This document shows, in pieces, positions 47,548 through 57,744 of a DNA stretch of 64,000 nucleotides. The translations under genes and the position numbers were made by a program. The stretch is from IMG/VR virus record IMGVR_UViG_2558860984_000001, positions 1 to 64,000 of that record; one strand, 5' to 3'. This DNA comes from a virus. Taxonomy: Duplodnaviria; Caudoviricetes. Position 1 is the first letter of the stretch. Each line of letters begins with the position of its first letter. The notes under the pieces are model-generated. The model was not told the origin of the DNA and ran no database searches. It saw only the letters and a list, made by a program, of their open reading frames with translations.

Positions 47548-47841
47548 GCGACGAGTATCCCTCAAGCGTGGTTTGGAAAACGCACTACGCCGCGACCTGG
47601 AGCACGGCCAGATGCTCGACCGCCTCGCGGAGTGTATGAGCCGGGCCAGCCCGCGCATCGAGCTGATGCTTCGCAGTTCGCACTCGTGCACCGACCTGGC
47701 GATGAGAGGCACCTACCGCCGGCCATTCGGGCGCCGTCCGCCGGTGGACCGGCGGTGTCGAGTAGACCGGTCGGCGCCCCGTCCACCGCGAGGAGGACGG
47801 GGCGCCTCCGCGTAGAGGGGCACAATCCCGCCAAACACCTC

Positions 47842-47880
47842 TTCCAAAACTGCTTTTCCAAAGTTCATTTTGGATAGGAT
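47842..47880 (+). promoter_or_regulatory. Operator/promoter family A, copy 1
   Basis: TTCCAAA-N7-TTCCAAA-N6-TTTGGATAGGAT. Confidence 0.75.
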
Positions 47881-47917
47881 GTGATTGCACATCACATTCA
47901 AACCAGAAAGGACCGAG

Positions 47918-48793
47918 ATGTCACAAGGTGTTGAGTACGCGAAGGGGCTTGCTGCTACCTCCGCTCTGGCCTCCGCCGCGTACCAGCTGGGCGAGATCGT
48001 GGCCGAGGCGGGCCCGCGCGCCGAGGTCGCCGCACCGGCGATCCACTGCTTCGGGTCGACCGCCGACGCCCAGGACGCGACCGACAGCGACGAGCTGGTC
48101 GACGGCGACGTGCTCGTGGTTCCGTCCGAGGGCATCGTCGCGATTCTCAAGCTGGCCTGGCCCGCGGCCCTGACGGCCGCGCACGGCGAGCTGCACAGGC
48201 CCGTCGAGACGTACGCGGCCGGCGACCGCTTCGTGGGCTCCGACGGCGCGACGCGCACCGTCGACCGCACCGAGCACGGACGCGACGGGCGCCTGTGGCT
48301 GCGCACCGCCGAGGGCTCTGCCTGGCGCGCGGACCGCTGCGAGAAGGTCGACGTCTCCCGCGTCGATGAGGCCCGCAGGGCGGCGCGGCAGGCGGTTGCC
48401 ACGCTGCGGAACCCGACGTCGACCGCGGGCGACGAGGCCGCGGGCGCGATCAGCGAGCTGGGCGAGGCCCTGCGCTACCTCGCGCAGGCGTCCCCCGGCG
48501 CGCTCGACGAGCTGAGCGCCGAGTGCACGCGCCCGATCACCGCCGAGCTGCCCCGGCTCGACGTCGTACCGAGCGACATCGTCCACATGCTCGGCGTGCG
48601 GCTTCACGTCCTCGACACCGGTGTGCAACACGCCGCCGGCGAGAAGCCGCGCTGGTGGGCCGACGTGATCGGCGTCGACGAGGCGGACCGCCGCGCGACG
48701 TACCGGGCGCCGTGGCGCACCTCCATCGCCGTCGAGTACGCGACGTGGGACCTGCTGACCGTCGAACGCCTTTCCCCGCAGCAGCCGTTCTGA
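47918..48793 (+). CDS. Hypothetical protein
   Basis: GAAAGGA RBS. Confidence 0.7.
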   Translation: MSQGVEYAKGLAATSALASAAYQLGEIVAEAGPRAEVAAPAIHCFGSTADAQDATDSDELVDGDVLVVPSEGIVAILKLAWPAALTAAHGELHRPVETYAAGDRFVGSDGATRTVDRTEHGRDGRLWLRTAEGSAWRADRCEKVDVSRVDEARRAARQAVATLRNPTSTAGDEAAGAISELGEALRYLAQASPGALDELSAECTRPITAELPRLDVVPSDIVHMLGVRLHVLDTGVQHAAGEKPRWWADVIGVDEADRRATYRAPWRTSIAVEYATWDLLTVERLSPQQPF

Positions 48794-48825
48794 CCTGCAC
48801 CGACCGACAGGAGAGGAAGATCAGC

Positions 48826-49329
48826 ATGTACAAGGTCACCATCGAGCACCCCGGCATCGACGACGAGCGGCTGTACACCTGCAAGAACGGCGGAGAGCTG
48901 CGCAACCTCGTCTACGACGTGCACCGGGCACAGAACCAGGAGATCACCGACCACGGCCAGGCCATCGTCGACGTCGGAGAACTGCGCGACCGCGCGGACA
49001 TCGAGGGCGTCGGCGTGCTCGACGTCGGCGCCGTGAAGGTCCGGGTCGAGCCCGCCGAACACGGCGACGGGGCGTGCGAGGGGCACGAGAGCCCGTACGC
49101 CGGACTCGGCGAGTCCGTGATGTGCGACGGGTCGTGCATCGTGCGCCCGCGCTTCGACCGCCAGGTGCAGATCGATCTTGCCTTGGCGCTCGACGACGCC
49201 GAGCTGGACGCCACGGGCGGGTGCAGCGCGTGCGGGCTGGAGGCCGGGCAGATGTGCGTCGGCTGCGGCCGGTGCAACTGCGAGGGGCACGAGGGTTGCG
49301 AGCGGCCGGCGGCCGAGCCTGCGCGGTAG
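48826..49329 (+). CDS. Hypothetical protein with Cys-rich C-terminus
   Basis: CEGHES..CDGSC; CSACG..CVGCGRCNC. Confidence 0.7.
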   Translation: MYKVTIEHPGIDDERLYTCKNGGELRNLVYDVHRAQNQEITDHGQAIVDVGELRDRADIEGVGVLDVGAVKVRVEPAEHGDGACEGHESPYAGLGESVMCDGSCIVRPRFDRQVQIDLALALDDAELDATGGCSACGLEAGQMCVGCGRCNCEGHEGCERPAAEPAR

Positions 49330-49343
49330 GCCGCCGGCCAGTT

Positions 49344-49385
49344 CAGGACGCCCTGTCCTCCCTGGTGGGGGGGCAGGGCGTCCTG
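49344..49385 (+). terminator. Putative terminator hairpin
   Basis: CAGGACGCCCTG / CAGGGCGTCCTG arms. Confidence 0.6.
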
Positions 49386-49466
49386 CTGTCCGCAGGGGGT
49401 GCCCGGCGGTTGTCCGGGATCCATGTCCAGCGTTCCGCTCTTTACCAATTTTTTACACACTCCAGT

Positions 49467-49505
49467 TTCCAAAGAGTATTTTCCAAAATTATCTTTGGAT
49501 AGGAT
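49467..49505 (+). promoter_or_regulatory. Operator/promoter family A, copy 2
   Basis: TTCCAAA-N7-TTCCAAA-N6-TTTGGATAGGAT. Confidence 0.75.
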
Positions 49506-49549
49506 TTCGAATGTAACACCCCACCACAAAGCAATGCGAAAGGGACCGG

Positions 49550-49900
49550 ATGAGTGCCACGGACACCACCACCGAACCGGCCAGGTGCCGGAAGTGCCAC
49601 CGGCCCCTGCGCAACACGAGCCCGGACGGACTCGGGCCGAAGTGCCGCCGGAACGTACGACGCGCGAACCGCGAGAACCGCGCCCGCTACCAGGGCTGGC
49701 AGGTCACCAAGGCCGCAGAGGCGTTGGAACTCGGCGCGGTCGTGCCGCTCCGCAAGACCAGCCGCACCCGCGTGTTCCTCGTCGTCAGCGACGACGGCAC
49801 CGAGATCTACCGGGCCGCGGCCTCCGGCCAATGCAACTGCCCGGCCGGCCTGCGCGGCATCCGCTGCTACCACGGCGCGGCGGCAGCCGCCGCGGCCTGA
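49550..49900 (+). CDS. DUF6011-like Zn ribbon plus SWIM-like finger
   Basis: CRKCHRPL..GLGPKC; CNCPAG..CYH. Confidence 0.7.
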   Translation: MSATDTTTEPARCRKCHRPLRNTSPDGLGPKCRRNVRRANRENRARYQGWQVTKAAEALELGAVVPLRKTSRTRVFLVVSDDGTEIYRAAASGQCNCPAGLRGIRCYHGAAAAAAA

Positions 49901-49926
49901 CCGAACTTCCAGGGAGGGACAGCACC

Positions 49927-50583
49927 ATGAACGGCCACACGAAGGCAGCCACCCGCGCCCGCCTCCTCGCCAAGCTGATCCGGGGCCGCGCCGACGGCCA
50001 CCCCCGGCGGCGCCGCGCGCTGCTCACCGCCGCCCGCCACCTGCACGACGTCACCGCGAACCTCCTCGACGCCGACACCGACACCGACGGCATTCCGCAG
50101 GACGCCGACGCCTCGATCAGCGCCGCGTACCGCGCGCTGACGACCACCGGCACCGACGTGCCCCTCACGCTCCTGCACTACGTCACCGACCCGGTCACCG
50201 GCGCCCGCACGGAGCTGCCCGAGCTGGACCTGATCCACCCAGAGTTCCGCTACCGGGCACGCGAACTGCGCGCCCGCCACCTGTACGTCATCGAGATGGG
50301 CCACCTCGACAGCCGCGACGAAGACGTGGTCCTCGCCGCGCTCGGCGCACTGTGCGACCTGCACCGCGAATGGGACCAGCTCACCGAGGACGCCCGCGAC
50401 GAGCTGCGACGCGACCGCACCCGGCCCGTCATCTACCGCACCCAAGACGGCCTGCGCACCGCCGAGCACCTGCGCGGCCACCTGACCGTGCGCGACGGCA
50501 CCCGCGTCATCGCCTCCCTCGACGTGCCCGAGCACACCGCGCCCGGCGACATCTGGCAGCTCATCAACCAGGCCGCGGCCTGA
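49927..50583 (+). CDS. Hypothetical protein
   Basis: GGAGG RBS; GC3 bias. Confidence 0.65.
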   Translation: MNGHTKAATRARLLAKLIRGRADGHPRRRRALLTAARHLHDVTANLLDADTDTDGIPQDADASISAAYRALTTTGTDVPLTLLHYVTDPVTGARTELPELDLIHPEFRYRARELRARHLYVIEMGHLDSRDEDVVLAALGALCDLHREWDQLTEDARDELRRDRTRPVIYRTQDGLRTAEHLRGHLTVRDGTRVIASLDVPEHTAPGDIWQLINQAAA

Positions 50584-50651
50584 ACCCGATGGAAGGGGGG
50601 CCACGACGCACGCAGTGTTCCGCCCACACCGAGAAGAGAACGGAAGCTGAC

Positions 50652-51548
50652 ATGCCCATCTATCTGCGAGCACCTGAGGCGCCGGCCGGCGGCCCCGACG
50701 GGAAGGGCTGGAACCGCCTGAGCCTCAACGCTCACCTCGGCCTTCCGGCCCAGTGCGCACTGCGCCCCCGACGCTGGGGCGCGCTCCTGGAGTCCCAGGA
50801 CACACGCCGGGCTCGATGGGGCGGTTTCGGTCCCTGCGTGAACGGCGGGAGTTGCGACGAGTGCCCTGTCACGAAGGCACTGGACGAGCGGTGCACGGTC
50901 GTACCGGTGAACGCGCCGCGGGTTCTGGTGCGGATCGAGCCGATCTTCGCGTCCGACACGCTGTTCGGCGGCCCGGACGGGTACAAGCTGTGGGTCACGA
51001 CCGGGCCCGAAGACCAGAACTACCGCAATGGCCCGCCCTGGACCTGGGAAGACGCTGTGCGCGTCCGCGGCTGGGAACTGGGCCGTCCGTACCTGGACGA
51101 GCACGGTGTGGGCTTCTGGCTGGAACGCACGGCGCGCGTCCCCGCCCTCGGCTGCGTCATCACCAGCCGCCCTCGCTCCTCCTCTACCCGGCACGCGTTC
51201 CGGGTGGCCGGCTGCGGCGTCGCCCTCCTCCACTGCGCCGGCGGGTGCAGCCACGACACCGAGCTGCTGAACGCCATCTCGCATGCCTGCCCCGGCCCGG
51301 ACGGTGCCAACGAGGAGCGCGTACCGGTCCGATGGACGCAGGCGCCGGAGATGACGCCACCGCCCACCGGCCGCTTCCGGGTCCACGTCGACGTGCGCCC
51401 CATGAGCGTCGTGATCAGCGTCGTGGAGAGCGACCGGCGCGAACGGGCCCGACTGACGCTCACCGGTTCCGGGTGGACGGCTGAGCGTGTGCGAGCAGCC
51501 GGCGAGGCACTCTGCACGCTGGCGGTCCCGGCCCCGGCGACCGCATGA
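50652..51548 (+). CDS. Hypothetical Cys/Trp-rich protein
   Basis: Long ORF coupled to the next gene. Confidence 0.6.
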   Translation: MPIYLRAPEAPAGGPDGKGWNRLSLNAHLGLPAQCALRPRRWGALLESQDTRRARWGGFGPCVNGGSCDECPVTKALDERCTVVPVNAPRVLVRIEPIFASDTLFGGPDGYKLWVTTGPEDQNYRNGPPWTWEDAVRVRGWELGRPYLDEHGVGFWLERTARVPALGCVITSRPRSSSTRHAFRVAGCGVALLHCAGGCSHDTELLNAISHACPGPDGANEERVPVRWTQAPEMTPPPTGRFRVHVDVRPMSVVISVVESDRRERARLTLTGSGWTAERVRAAGEALCTLAVPAPATA

Positions 51549-51997
51549 ACGCGACCGGACACGCCCGGGCATGTCCCGGGGCGTGTCCGGGCGTCGCCGG
51601 ACCCGAGCGGCACGACGGCGAGAAGCCGTACACGTTCGTGGTGAACGAGTGCAGCACCGAGAAGGCGTGGGCCGCGGTACTCGCGTGGTTCATGGTCGAT
51701 ATGGAGACCGTCGATGCGCACGTGGTCGCCGGCGACTCCTGCGAGGGTGTCCCCGAGCCTGAGTGCGGCTACTTCTGGATCGACTTGCGGGCGGAGTTCG
51801 AGCGGCGGAAAGCCTTCGAAGATTCGGCCAGCCAGGCGGCGGAGGCGGTCGAATCGCTACGCGCACAAACCGAGCACATGGTGCGCGACGGTGATGTGCT
51901 CCCCAGCCACCAGACCGCATACGACACGGCGTTGGGTGATGCCGCGTACGCCGCGTGGCCGCTGGTGGTGTCGATGGCCGAGAACGCCGACCGGTGA
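51545..51997 (+). CDS. Hypothetical protein
   Basis: ATGA coupling. Confidence 0.55.
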   Translation: MNATGHARACPGACPGVAGPERHDGEKPYTFVVNECSTEKAWAAVLAWFMVDMETVDAHVVAGDSCEGVPEPECGYFWIDLRAEFERRKAFEDSASQAAEAVESLRAQTEHMVRDGDVLPSHQTAYDTALGDAAYAAWPLVVSMAENADR

Positions 51998-52052
51998 TCA
52001 GCGACAACGGCGGGACGTGCCCCGCACGGCAACGTGCGGGGCTGCCGTGCAT

Positions 52053-52340
52053 TCAGGCGCCGGGCTTGACCGTGCGGCGAGGGCCGCGCTGCCGTGAGTG
52101 GCCCTGGATGATGTCGCTGACCCGCTGGGGCTTGCAGTTGAGGTGCTCGGCGATCTCGTCGCGGCTGTGCGTGGCGCGCAGTTCGGCGACGACGCGGCTC
52201 CGGTGGGTCTTCAGCCAGCGCTGCAGGTCGGGGATCGCCTCCAGCGCCCGGGTCAGAGAGGCGGCCTGGGAGAGCGTCGGTTCGCCCTCGACCAGGCGGG
52301 CGATGTCGGCGAACTGCTGGGGAGGCTTGTCGTGATCCAT
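52053..52340 (-). CDS. Small HTH repressor (similar to 37719-38045)
   Basis: SRDEIAEHLNCKPQRVSDII. Confidence 0.75.
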   Translation of the reverse strand: MDHDKPPQQFADIARLVEGEPTLSQAASLTRALEAIPDLQRWLKTHRSRVVAELRATHSRDEIAEHLNCKPQRVSDIIQGHSRQRGPRRTVKPGA

Positions 52341-52350
52341 AAACCCAGGG

Positions 52351-52366
52351 TAGTGGGTCCCCAATA
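52351..52366. promoter_or_regulatory. Operator family B, degenerate copy
   Basis: TAGTGGGTCCCCAATA (2 mismatches to TATTGGGTACCCAATA), 10 nt upstream of the HTH start. Confidence 0.65.
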
Positions 52367-52434
52367 GCCTTGACGATCAGCATCTGAGTCGTGTTTTCGC
52401 AGGTCAATGGACCGATATTCCGTCGCGATCCAGG

Positions 52435-52473
52435 TTCCAAAATGTAGTTTCCAAAGTCGATTTATGGAATGAT
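52435..52473 (+). promoter_or_regulatory. Operator/promoter family A, copy 3
   Basis: TTCCAAA-N7-TTCCAAA-N6-TTATGGAATGAT. Confidence 0.7.
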
Positions 52474-52511
52474 TTAAGTAGTTCAACCAAACCACCCTGA
52501 AAGGACACGAG

Positions 52512-52778
52512 ATGGACGCCGTGATAGCTGAAGTGCTCACCAAGGCCGGAACGGCGACCAACTGGACGCAAACCAACCTCGGCGCGATCACCGAGGTCAG
52601 CCACGGCGGCTACACCTGGACGGTGAACCTGCCGCCCGACACGGGCGAGGTCCCCCCCAAGGCGCGTGTCACCGGCCGGCTCGGCTACGGCGGCACCGAA
52701 CACCTGGACGTGGAAGCCACCTACGGCCAGACGATCGCCATCGTCGACTCCGTCATGGCGTCCCGGCGCCTGCACTGA
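52512..52778 (+). CDS. Hypothetical protein
   Basis: GAAAGGA RBS. Confidence 0.7.
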   Translation: MDAVIAEVLTKAGTATNWTQTNLGAITEVSHGGYTWTVNLPPDTGEVPPKARVTGRLGYGGTEHLDVEATYGQTIAIVDSVMASRRLH

Positions 52779-52811
52779 CCTCCCCGCCCCTATCTCCTGG
52801 AAGGAATCCAC

Positions 52812-53480
52812 ATGGACGCCGCAACCGCCCTCAAGCACCTCACCTACTACGCCGAGATCCGCATCGAGGCCGACGAGAAGGCGCGCACCGCGCTGGCCGC
52901 CGCGCTCGCGAACACGCCTGCCACCGAACTGACTACTCAGATCGAACGCGCACTCAGGTCATCCGCGATCGCGAAGCCCTGGCGCCAGCTCATGCAGGCC
53001 GTGGAGCGCTACGGCGTGCGCGAGGGCCTGCTTAGGCAGCAAGGCGAGGCGCTGAACGCCCTGCTCTCCTACGGGATGGGCATGAGCACCTGCATGGTCG
53101 CCAACGCCGCGCGCCTGGCCGAGGAGGACGGACTGCGGCGCTTCCTCGGCCAGATCGACACGATCGAGATCGCTGAGGACGACGCCCCGGCCCCTGAGCC
53201 CGAGCCCACTCCTAAGCCGACCATGACCAGGGCCGCCAAGGCGACCCCGGCGCAGAAGCGGACCCTCACCGCTATCAAGGAAGCCGGTGTCGTCCTCAGT
53301 GAGCGCAGCGCCAGCGAGGGTCCGCGCGTGACGGTCAACTTGGGCCACGTGGCTCCGCGCCGGGACATGGTGGAGGCGGTCATCACCAAAGGCTGGGCGG
53401 CCCGTGACACCTCGACCTCACTGTTCAACGGGCAGGCCGTGACCCTCACCGCGGCCGGCGAGGCGATCCTCACGAGCTGA
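52812..53480 (+). CDS. Hypothetical protein with possible C-terminal wHTH
   Basis: AAGGA RBS; TPAQKRTL..LTAAGEA. Confidence 0.65.
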   Translation: MDAATALKHLTYYAEIRIEADEKARTALAAALANTPATELTTQIERALRSSAIAKPWRQLMQAVERYGVREGLLRQQGEALNALLSYGMGMSTCMVANAARLAEEDGLRRFLGQIDTIEIAEDDAPAPEPEPTPKPTMTRAAKATPAQKRTLTAIKEAGVVLSERSASEGPRVTVNLGHVAPRRDMVEAVITKGWAARDTSTSLFNGQAVTLTAAGEAILTS

Positions 53481-53545
53481 CCGGCAGCACGCCGGGAGGG
53501 GGCATCGGCCCTCTCAACCCCCCCACACCCCAAGGAGGTCCCCCC

Positions 53546-53995
53546 ATGCCCCACCGGCAGCTCACCCCCGACCAGGCCCAGCAGCTCGGCGAGGCCACCG
53601 GCAAGATCGCCGCACTCGCGGCGAAGGCCCTCCACCACACGTGGCCGCACCTGGACTTGGAGGCCCTCGTCGCGCTGTTCACCCGGGACAGCGCCCTGGA
53701 GATGATCGCCGCCACCTACCTCGCCGGGATTGACCGTGGCCGCACGCCGGGCGAAGCGGCCGGCGACGCAGGCACCGCCCTGATCCGCGTATGGGCGGAT
53801 GCGCGGCTGGCCGCCCGCGCCCAGCTCGACGCGCAGCGCGCGGACGACCCGGCCGCCGAACCGCGCGTCGTCTGCGGCTGCGGCATCTCCGTCCACGACA
53901 ACGACGACGCGCGCCAAGGGCACGCGGATTACTGGCACTCCGAGGCGATCCCCGCCGTGTGGGGACCGCCGGTGATCCCCGGTCGGGCCGTCTGA
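53546..53995 (+). CDS. Hypothetical protein
   Basis: AAGGAGG RBS. Confidence 0.65.
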   Translation: MPHRQLTPDQAQQLGEATGKIAALAAKALHHTWPHLDLEALVALFTRDSALEMIAATYLAGIDRGRTPGEAAGDAGTALIRVWADARLAARAQLDAQRADDPAAEPRVVCGCGISVHDNDDARQGHADYWHSEAIPAVWGPPVIPGRAV

Positions 53996-54032
53996 CCGGC
54001 GGCCCGCCATCCAATAGAGAGGAGGTCGCCGC

Positions 54033-55460
54033 ATGGCGACCATCACGATCACGCACAGCCGAGCCGAGGGAACCCTGATCGAGGGCTCCGTGAAGGGAGA
54101 CGGCGTCTGGGAGGTCGTCCGGCAGCACCGGTTCCGCTCGTCCCGCATGGTCGGCCTTTACCTGCCGCACTCCCGCGACCGCGAGGCCGACACGTGGCGG
54201 ATCAACAGGGCGAAGGCCGCGCTGGAGGCGGCCGGGCACGCCGTGACCGTCGAGATCGACGAGGAGACGCGGAGGACCTTCGCCGAGGCCGAAGCCGGCC
54301 GCGTCGAGCGCGCCGAGGGCCGCGCCGAGCGGTTCAGCGGCTACGCCGACAACGCGGCCCGGTCCTCGGACGCCCGCCGCAAGAAGGCCGACGACATCTC
54401 AAGGCGCTTCGAGTTCGGGCAGCCGATCCTGGTGGGGCACCACAGTGAGAGGCGTGCCCGCAGGGATCAGGAGCGCATCCACGACAACATGCACCGGTCG
54501 TTCGAGGACGCGGACCGTGCCGGGCACTTCCAGAACCGGGTGGACGCGGCCGAGCGGTACGAGGAGCACCGCAACAACCCGTACCGGACGATGCGGCGCC
54601 TGGAGAAGCTGCGCGCCGAACTGCGGGCCGAGCAGCGCCGCCACGGCTGCGCCGACGGCACGGAGCACCCGGTGTCCGACCGGCATGCGCGGGCGGTCCG
54701 TGACCTGACGGAGGAGATCGAGTATTGGGAGGAGCTGATCGCCAAGGTCGAAGCGGACGGCGTGAAGATCTGGCGGCCCGACGACTTCGCCCCCGGGGAC
54801 TTCGCGCTGCTCCGCGGTGACTGGTACCAGGTGGCCCGGGTCAACCCCAAGACGCTGTCGATCGCGTGGAACCTGCGGCTGGTGCCGACGCCGGTGATGA
54901 CGCTGGAGGACGCCACGGATGAGGACGGGCGGGTCGGGACGCATACCGCCGACTACAGCAACGTACGCGCACGCTGCCCCGAGGAGGCGATGCGCACCTT
55001 CCTCGCCGACGGCAAGGTGCCCGGCACCCGGTCGGCCAGCGCGGCGTCGGCGGCGGCCCCGGCAGAGGACATCCGCCGGGAGCAGGCCGAGGCGAAGAAG
55101 GCCAGGCCGAAGGCGAAGAAGAAGCGCAGCGACCCGAGGATCCCGAAGCGTCTGCAGGTGAGGTGCAAGGTCGGCGACGGTGAGGCCACGCTGACGTGGC
55201 TGAACGGCAACAGCCAGCCGCACCCCGACCACGAGCCGGAGACACTCACCGCCCCCGAGGGGGAGAAGTACCGCCGGGCAACGTGGTCGCGGAACCTGCG
55301 GGCGCAGGTGGACGAGCTGCTGGCCGAGCGTGGGTACGTACGCACCGGAGAGTTCATGCCCCGCCGAGACGGGACCGGGGTCGCCACGATCGAGCCGGCC
55401 CCGGCCAAGGACGAGGAGCCGAAGCAGGAGGAGCTGGTGTGGTCCTCCGACGCCGAGTAG
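54033..55460 (+). CDS. DUF3560-domain protein
   Basis: GQPILVGHHSERRARRD signature. Confidence 0.85.
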   Translation: MATITITHSRAEGTLIEGSVKGDGVWEVVRQHRFRSSRMVGLYLPHSRDREADTWRINRAKAALEAAGHAVTVEIDEETRRTFAEAEAGRVERAEGRAERFSGYADNAARSSDARRKKADDISRRFEFGQPILVGHHSERRARRDQERIHDNMHRSFEDADRAGHFQNRVDAAERYEEHRNNPYRTMRRLEKLRAELRAEQRRHGCADGTEHPVSDRHARAVRDLTEEIEYWEELIAKVEADGVKIWRPDDFAPGDFALLRGDWYQVARVNPKTLSIAWNLRLVPTPVMTLEDATDEDGRVGTHTADYSNVRARCPEEAMRTFLADGKVPGTRSASAASAAAPAEDIRREQAEAKKARPKAKKKRSDPRIPKRLQVRCKVGDGEATLTWLNGNSQPHPDHEPETLTAPEGEKYRRATWSRNLRAQVDELLAERGYVRTGEFMPRRDGTGVATIEPAPAKDEEPKQEELVWSSDAE

Positions 55461-55513
55461 GCATCTGACCTGCGAAAATACGTGGATTTTCGCGGATCAC
55501 CAACTGTACGGGG

Positions 55514-55529
55514 TATTGGGTACCCAATA
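55514..55529. promoter_or_regulatory. Operator family B, perfect palindrome
   Basis: TATTGGGTACCCAATA. Confidence 0.8.
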
Positions 55530-55619
55530 GTATTGATCTTGTTCACCTCCTCCCAACACCGGCTGGGAGGAGGCGGGACTCGCGACCCAACCGCTCCTCA
55601 AGCCCGAGAGGAACAGACG

Positions 55620-56795
55620 ATGACCACCAAGACCGACACCCCGAAGAAGCCCGCAAGGCGCAAGGCGCCCACGAAGAAGACCGCGAGCGCTACCGCTCCG
55701 GCCCGAGCCCAGAAGGACCCTGAGCCGGCGGAGGTCAGCAAGCGCCGCGAGGTGGTCGCCGAGGAGGCAGCGAAGGCGGCCGAGCAGGTGCGCACCGTGC
55801 TGAAGCGCGTCCCGGTCGACCGGATCGACCGCGACCCGAACCAACCGCGCGAGCACTTCGACGAGGCCAAGCTGAACGAGCTGGCCGGCTCCCTGCGCCG
55901 GATCGGTCAGCAGCAGCCGATCAGCGTTCGGTACCACCGGGGCACGCGCCGGTACACGCTCATCATGGGCGAGCGCCGCTGGCGGGCGGCGAAGATCGCC
56001 GGTCTGACCGAGCTGGACGCCGTCGTGCAGCACGGCATCAACGACGGCGACCGCTCGACGCTGATGCGGGCCGTCGCCGAGAACGTCGGCCGCGCCGACA
56101 TGACCGCCATGGAAGAGGCCAAGGCGTTCCAGCGGCTCATCACTGACGACGGCTACACGCTCGACGAGGTCGCCGAGGGTGTCGGCCGCTCGGCCGCGTA
56201 CGTCAAGTGGCGGATCGACCTGCTGGACCTGTGCCCGACCGCCCAGGAGGCCATGAGCAAGGGCCACCTGCCGCCTGCGCTGGCCTGGTACGTGGCCAAG
56301 CTGTCGACCCACAACCAGAACCGGTTCCTCGCGAAGTACCTCGGCGGGGCGTTCCCCACCACGCGCGACGCCGAGGCATTCGTCAACGCGTGCCGGACCG
56401 AGGAGGAGCGGCGACAGTCGCAGGGCAGCTTCTTCGTCCTCGCGGATGAGGCGGAGAAGCCCGCGGCGCGGTCTGGTTCGCAGGACGCGCTTCCGGGCGC
56501 GCACGACCTGCCGGAGGAGGAGCGCGAGCGGATCACCGCGGACCGTACGCGGCTCATCAAGCGCGTCGAGAAGCTGCACACGGCCGGGGAGATCCTGTCG
56601 GAGCTGGTTGCCGCGGACCCCGACGAGCTGGCCGTGCTCCTCGCGGGCGCCGCCGGCGGCGTCGCCGGTTACCAGCAGCGCATCGAGCACCTGCGGGACC
56701 TGACGACCAAGGCGATCAAGAACCTGCGGGACGCGAAGGCCATCGCCGCCGTCCGCGCGGACGGCATCGAGATCAACCCCGACGCCGCGGCCTGA
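55620..56795 (+). CDS. ParB/Spo0J-family protein
   Basis: NQPREHF, GQQQPI, GERRWRA, ENVGR.D, HTH. Confidence 0.92.
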   Translation: MTTKTDTPKKPARRKAPTKKTASATAPARAQKDPEPAEVSKRREVVAEEAAKAAEQVRTVLKRVPVDRIDRDPNQPREHFDEAKLNELAGSLRRIGQQQPISVRYHRGTRRYTLIMGERRWRAAKIAGLTELDAVVQHGINDGDRSTLMRAVAENVGRADMTAMEEAKAFQRLITDDGYTLDEVAEGVGRSAAYVKWRIDLLDLCPTAQEAMSKGHLPPALAWYVAKLSTHNQNRFLAKYLGGAFPTTRDAEAFVNACRTEEERRQSQGSFFVLADEAEKPAARSGSQDALPGAHDLPEEERERITADRTRLIKRVEKLHTAGEILSELVAADPDELAVLLAGAAGGVAGYQQRIEHLRDLTTKAIKNLRDAKAIAAVRADGIEINPDAAA

Positions 56796-56861
56796 CGCTC
56801 TGCCGGCCGGGGCGGCTCGACATCGCCCCGGCCCGACCCGCTCTCTGCACCTGGAGGTGCC

Positions 56862-57692
56862 ATGCAGTTCCCGCCCGACGTGCTGCGCGTGCTCACCGAC
56901 CCGCGCACGATCATCCGAGACGACAAGGTCGCTGTGCCGTTCGAGATCGACCGGCCGGTGTACGAGCAGATGAACAAGGTGCTGAAGGAGATGGGCGGCG
57001 CCTGGGACGGCCGGAAAGCCGTACGCGCGCACGTCTTCCCGTACCGCATTGAGGAGTTCATGCGGCAGTGCCTCGCGGCCGGCGAGTACCCGACCCGAAC
57101 CGAGCAGGGCTGGTTCCCGACCCCGCCGAGCCTGGTCATGCAGGTCTGCGACCTGGCAGGGATCTCCGCCGGTATGACCGTGCTGGAGCCCTCGGCCGGG
57201 GCGGGAGCGCTGACCGCCGAGATCGCCCGGCGCGGCGCGGTGGTGGACGCTGTCGAGCTGGACGAGCGGCGTGCGGAGGTCCTGCGCTCCCAGAATGACG
57301 CGCGGACCGTGACGCGCGCCAACTTCCTCGACCTGGACCCGCTGGACCTCGCCGAGCCGTACGACCGGATCGTGATGAACCCGCCGTTCTCCGGAGGGCT
57401 CGACCACATCCGGCACGCGGTGGGATTCATGGCCGACGACGGGATTCTCGTCTCGGTCATGTCCAACGGACTGATGTGGTGGAGCGACAGGGAGACCGTT
57501 GCGTTCCGTGAGCTGGTCGACGAGGTCGGCGGCGATATCCAGCCCTTGCCGGACGACACGTTCGCGGTGTGCGGGAAGGAGGGGGTTCGTACGTGCCTGC
57601 TGTTCCTGCCGGGCTACGCGGGCAGCCGCCTACCGACGTACGACTGGCTGATGCGGCAGCCGCGGCAGCTCGACCTGTTCGGCGCCGCGTGA
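56862..57692 (+). CDS. Class I SAM MTase, likely DNA N6-adenine (gamma-type motif order)
   Basis: FPTP, VLEPSAGAG, MNPPF. Confidence 0.88.
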   Translation: MQFPPDVLRVLTDPRTIIRDDKVAVPFEIDRPVYEQMNKVLKEMGGAWDGRKAVRAHVFPYRIEEFMRQCLAAGEYPTRTEQGWFPTPPSLVMQVCDLAGISAGMTVLEPSAGAGALTAEIARRGAVVDAVELDERRAEVLRSQNDARTVTRANFLDLDPLDLAEPYDRIVMNPPFSGGLDHIRHAVGFMADDGILVSVMSNGLMWWSDRETVAFRELVDEVGGDIQPLPDDTFAVCGKEGVRTCLLFLPGYAGSRLPTYDWLMRQPRQLDLFGAA

Positions 57693-57728
57693 TTGCCGGA
57701 ACTTCAGGGGCTGTTCCGCTGATCGACA

Positions 57729-57744
57729 TATTGGGTACCCAATA
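57729..57744. promoter_or_regulatory. Operator family B, perfect palindrome
   Basis: TATTGGGTACCCAATA followed by G.ATTGATC, as at 55514. Confidence 0.8.
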
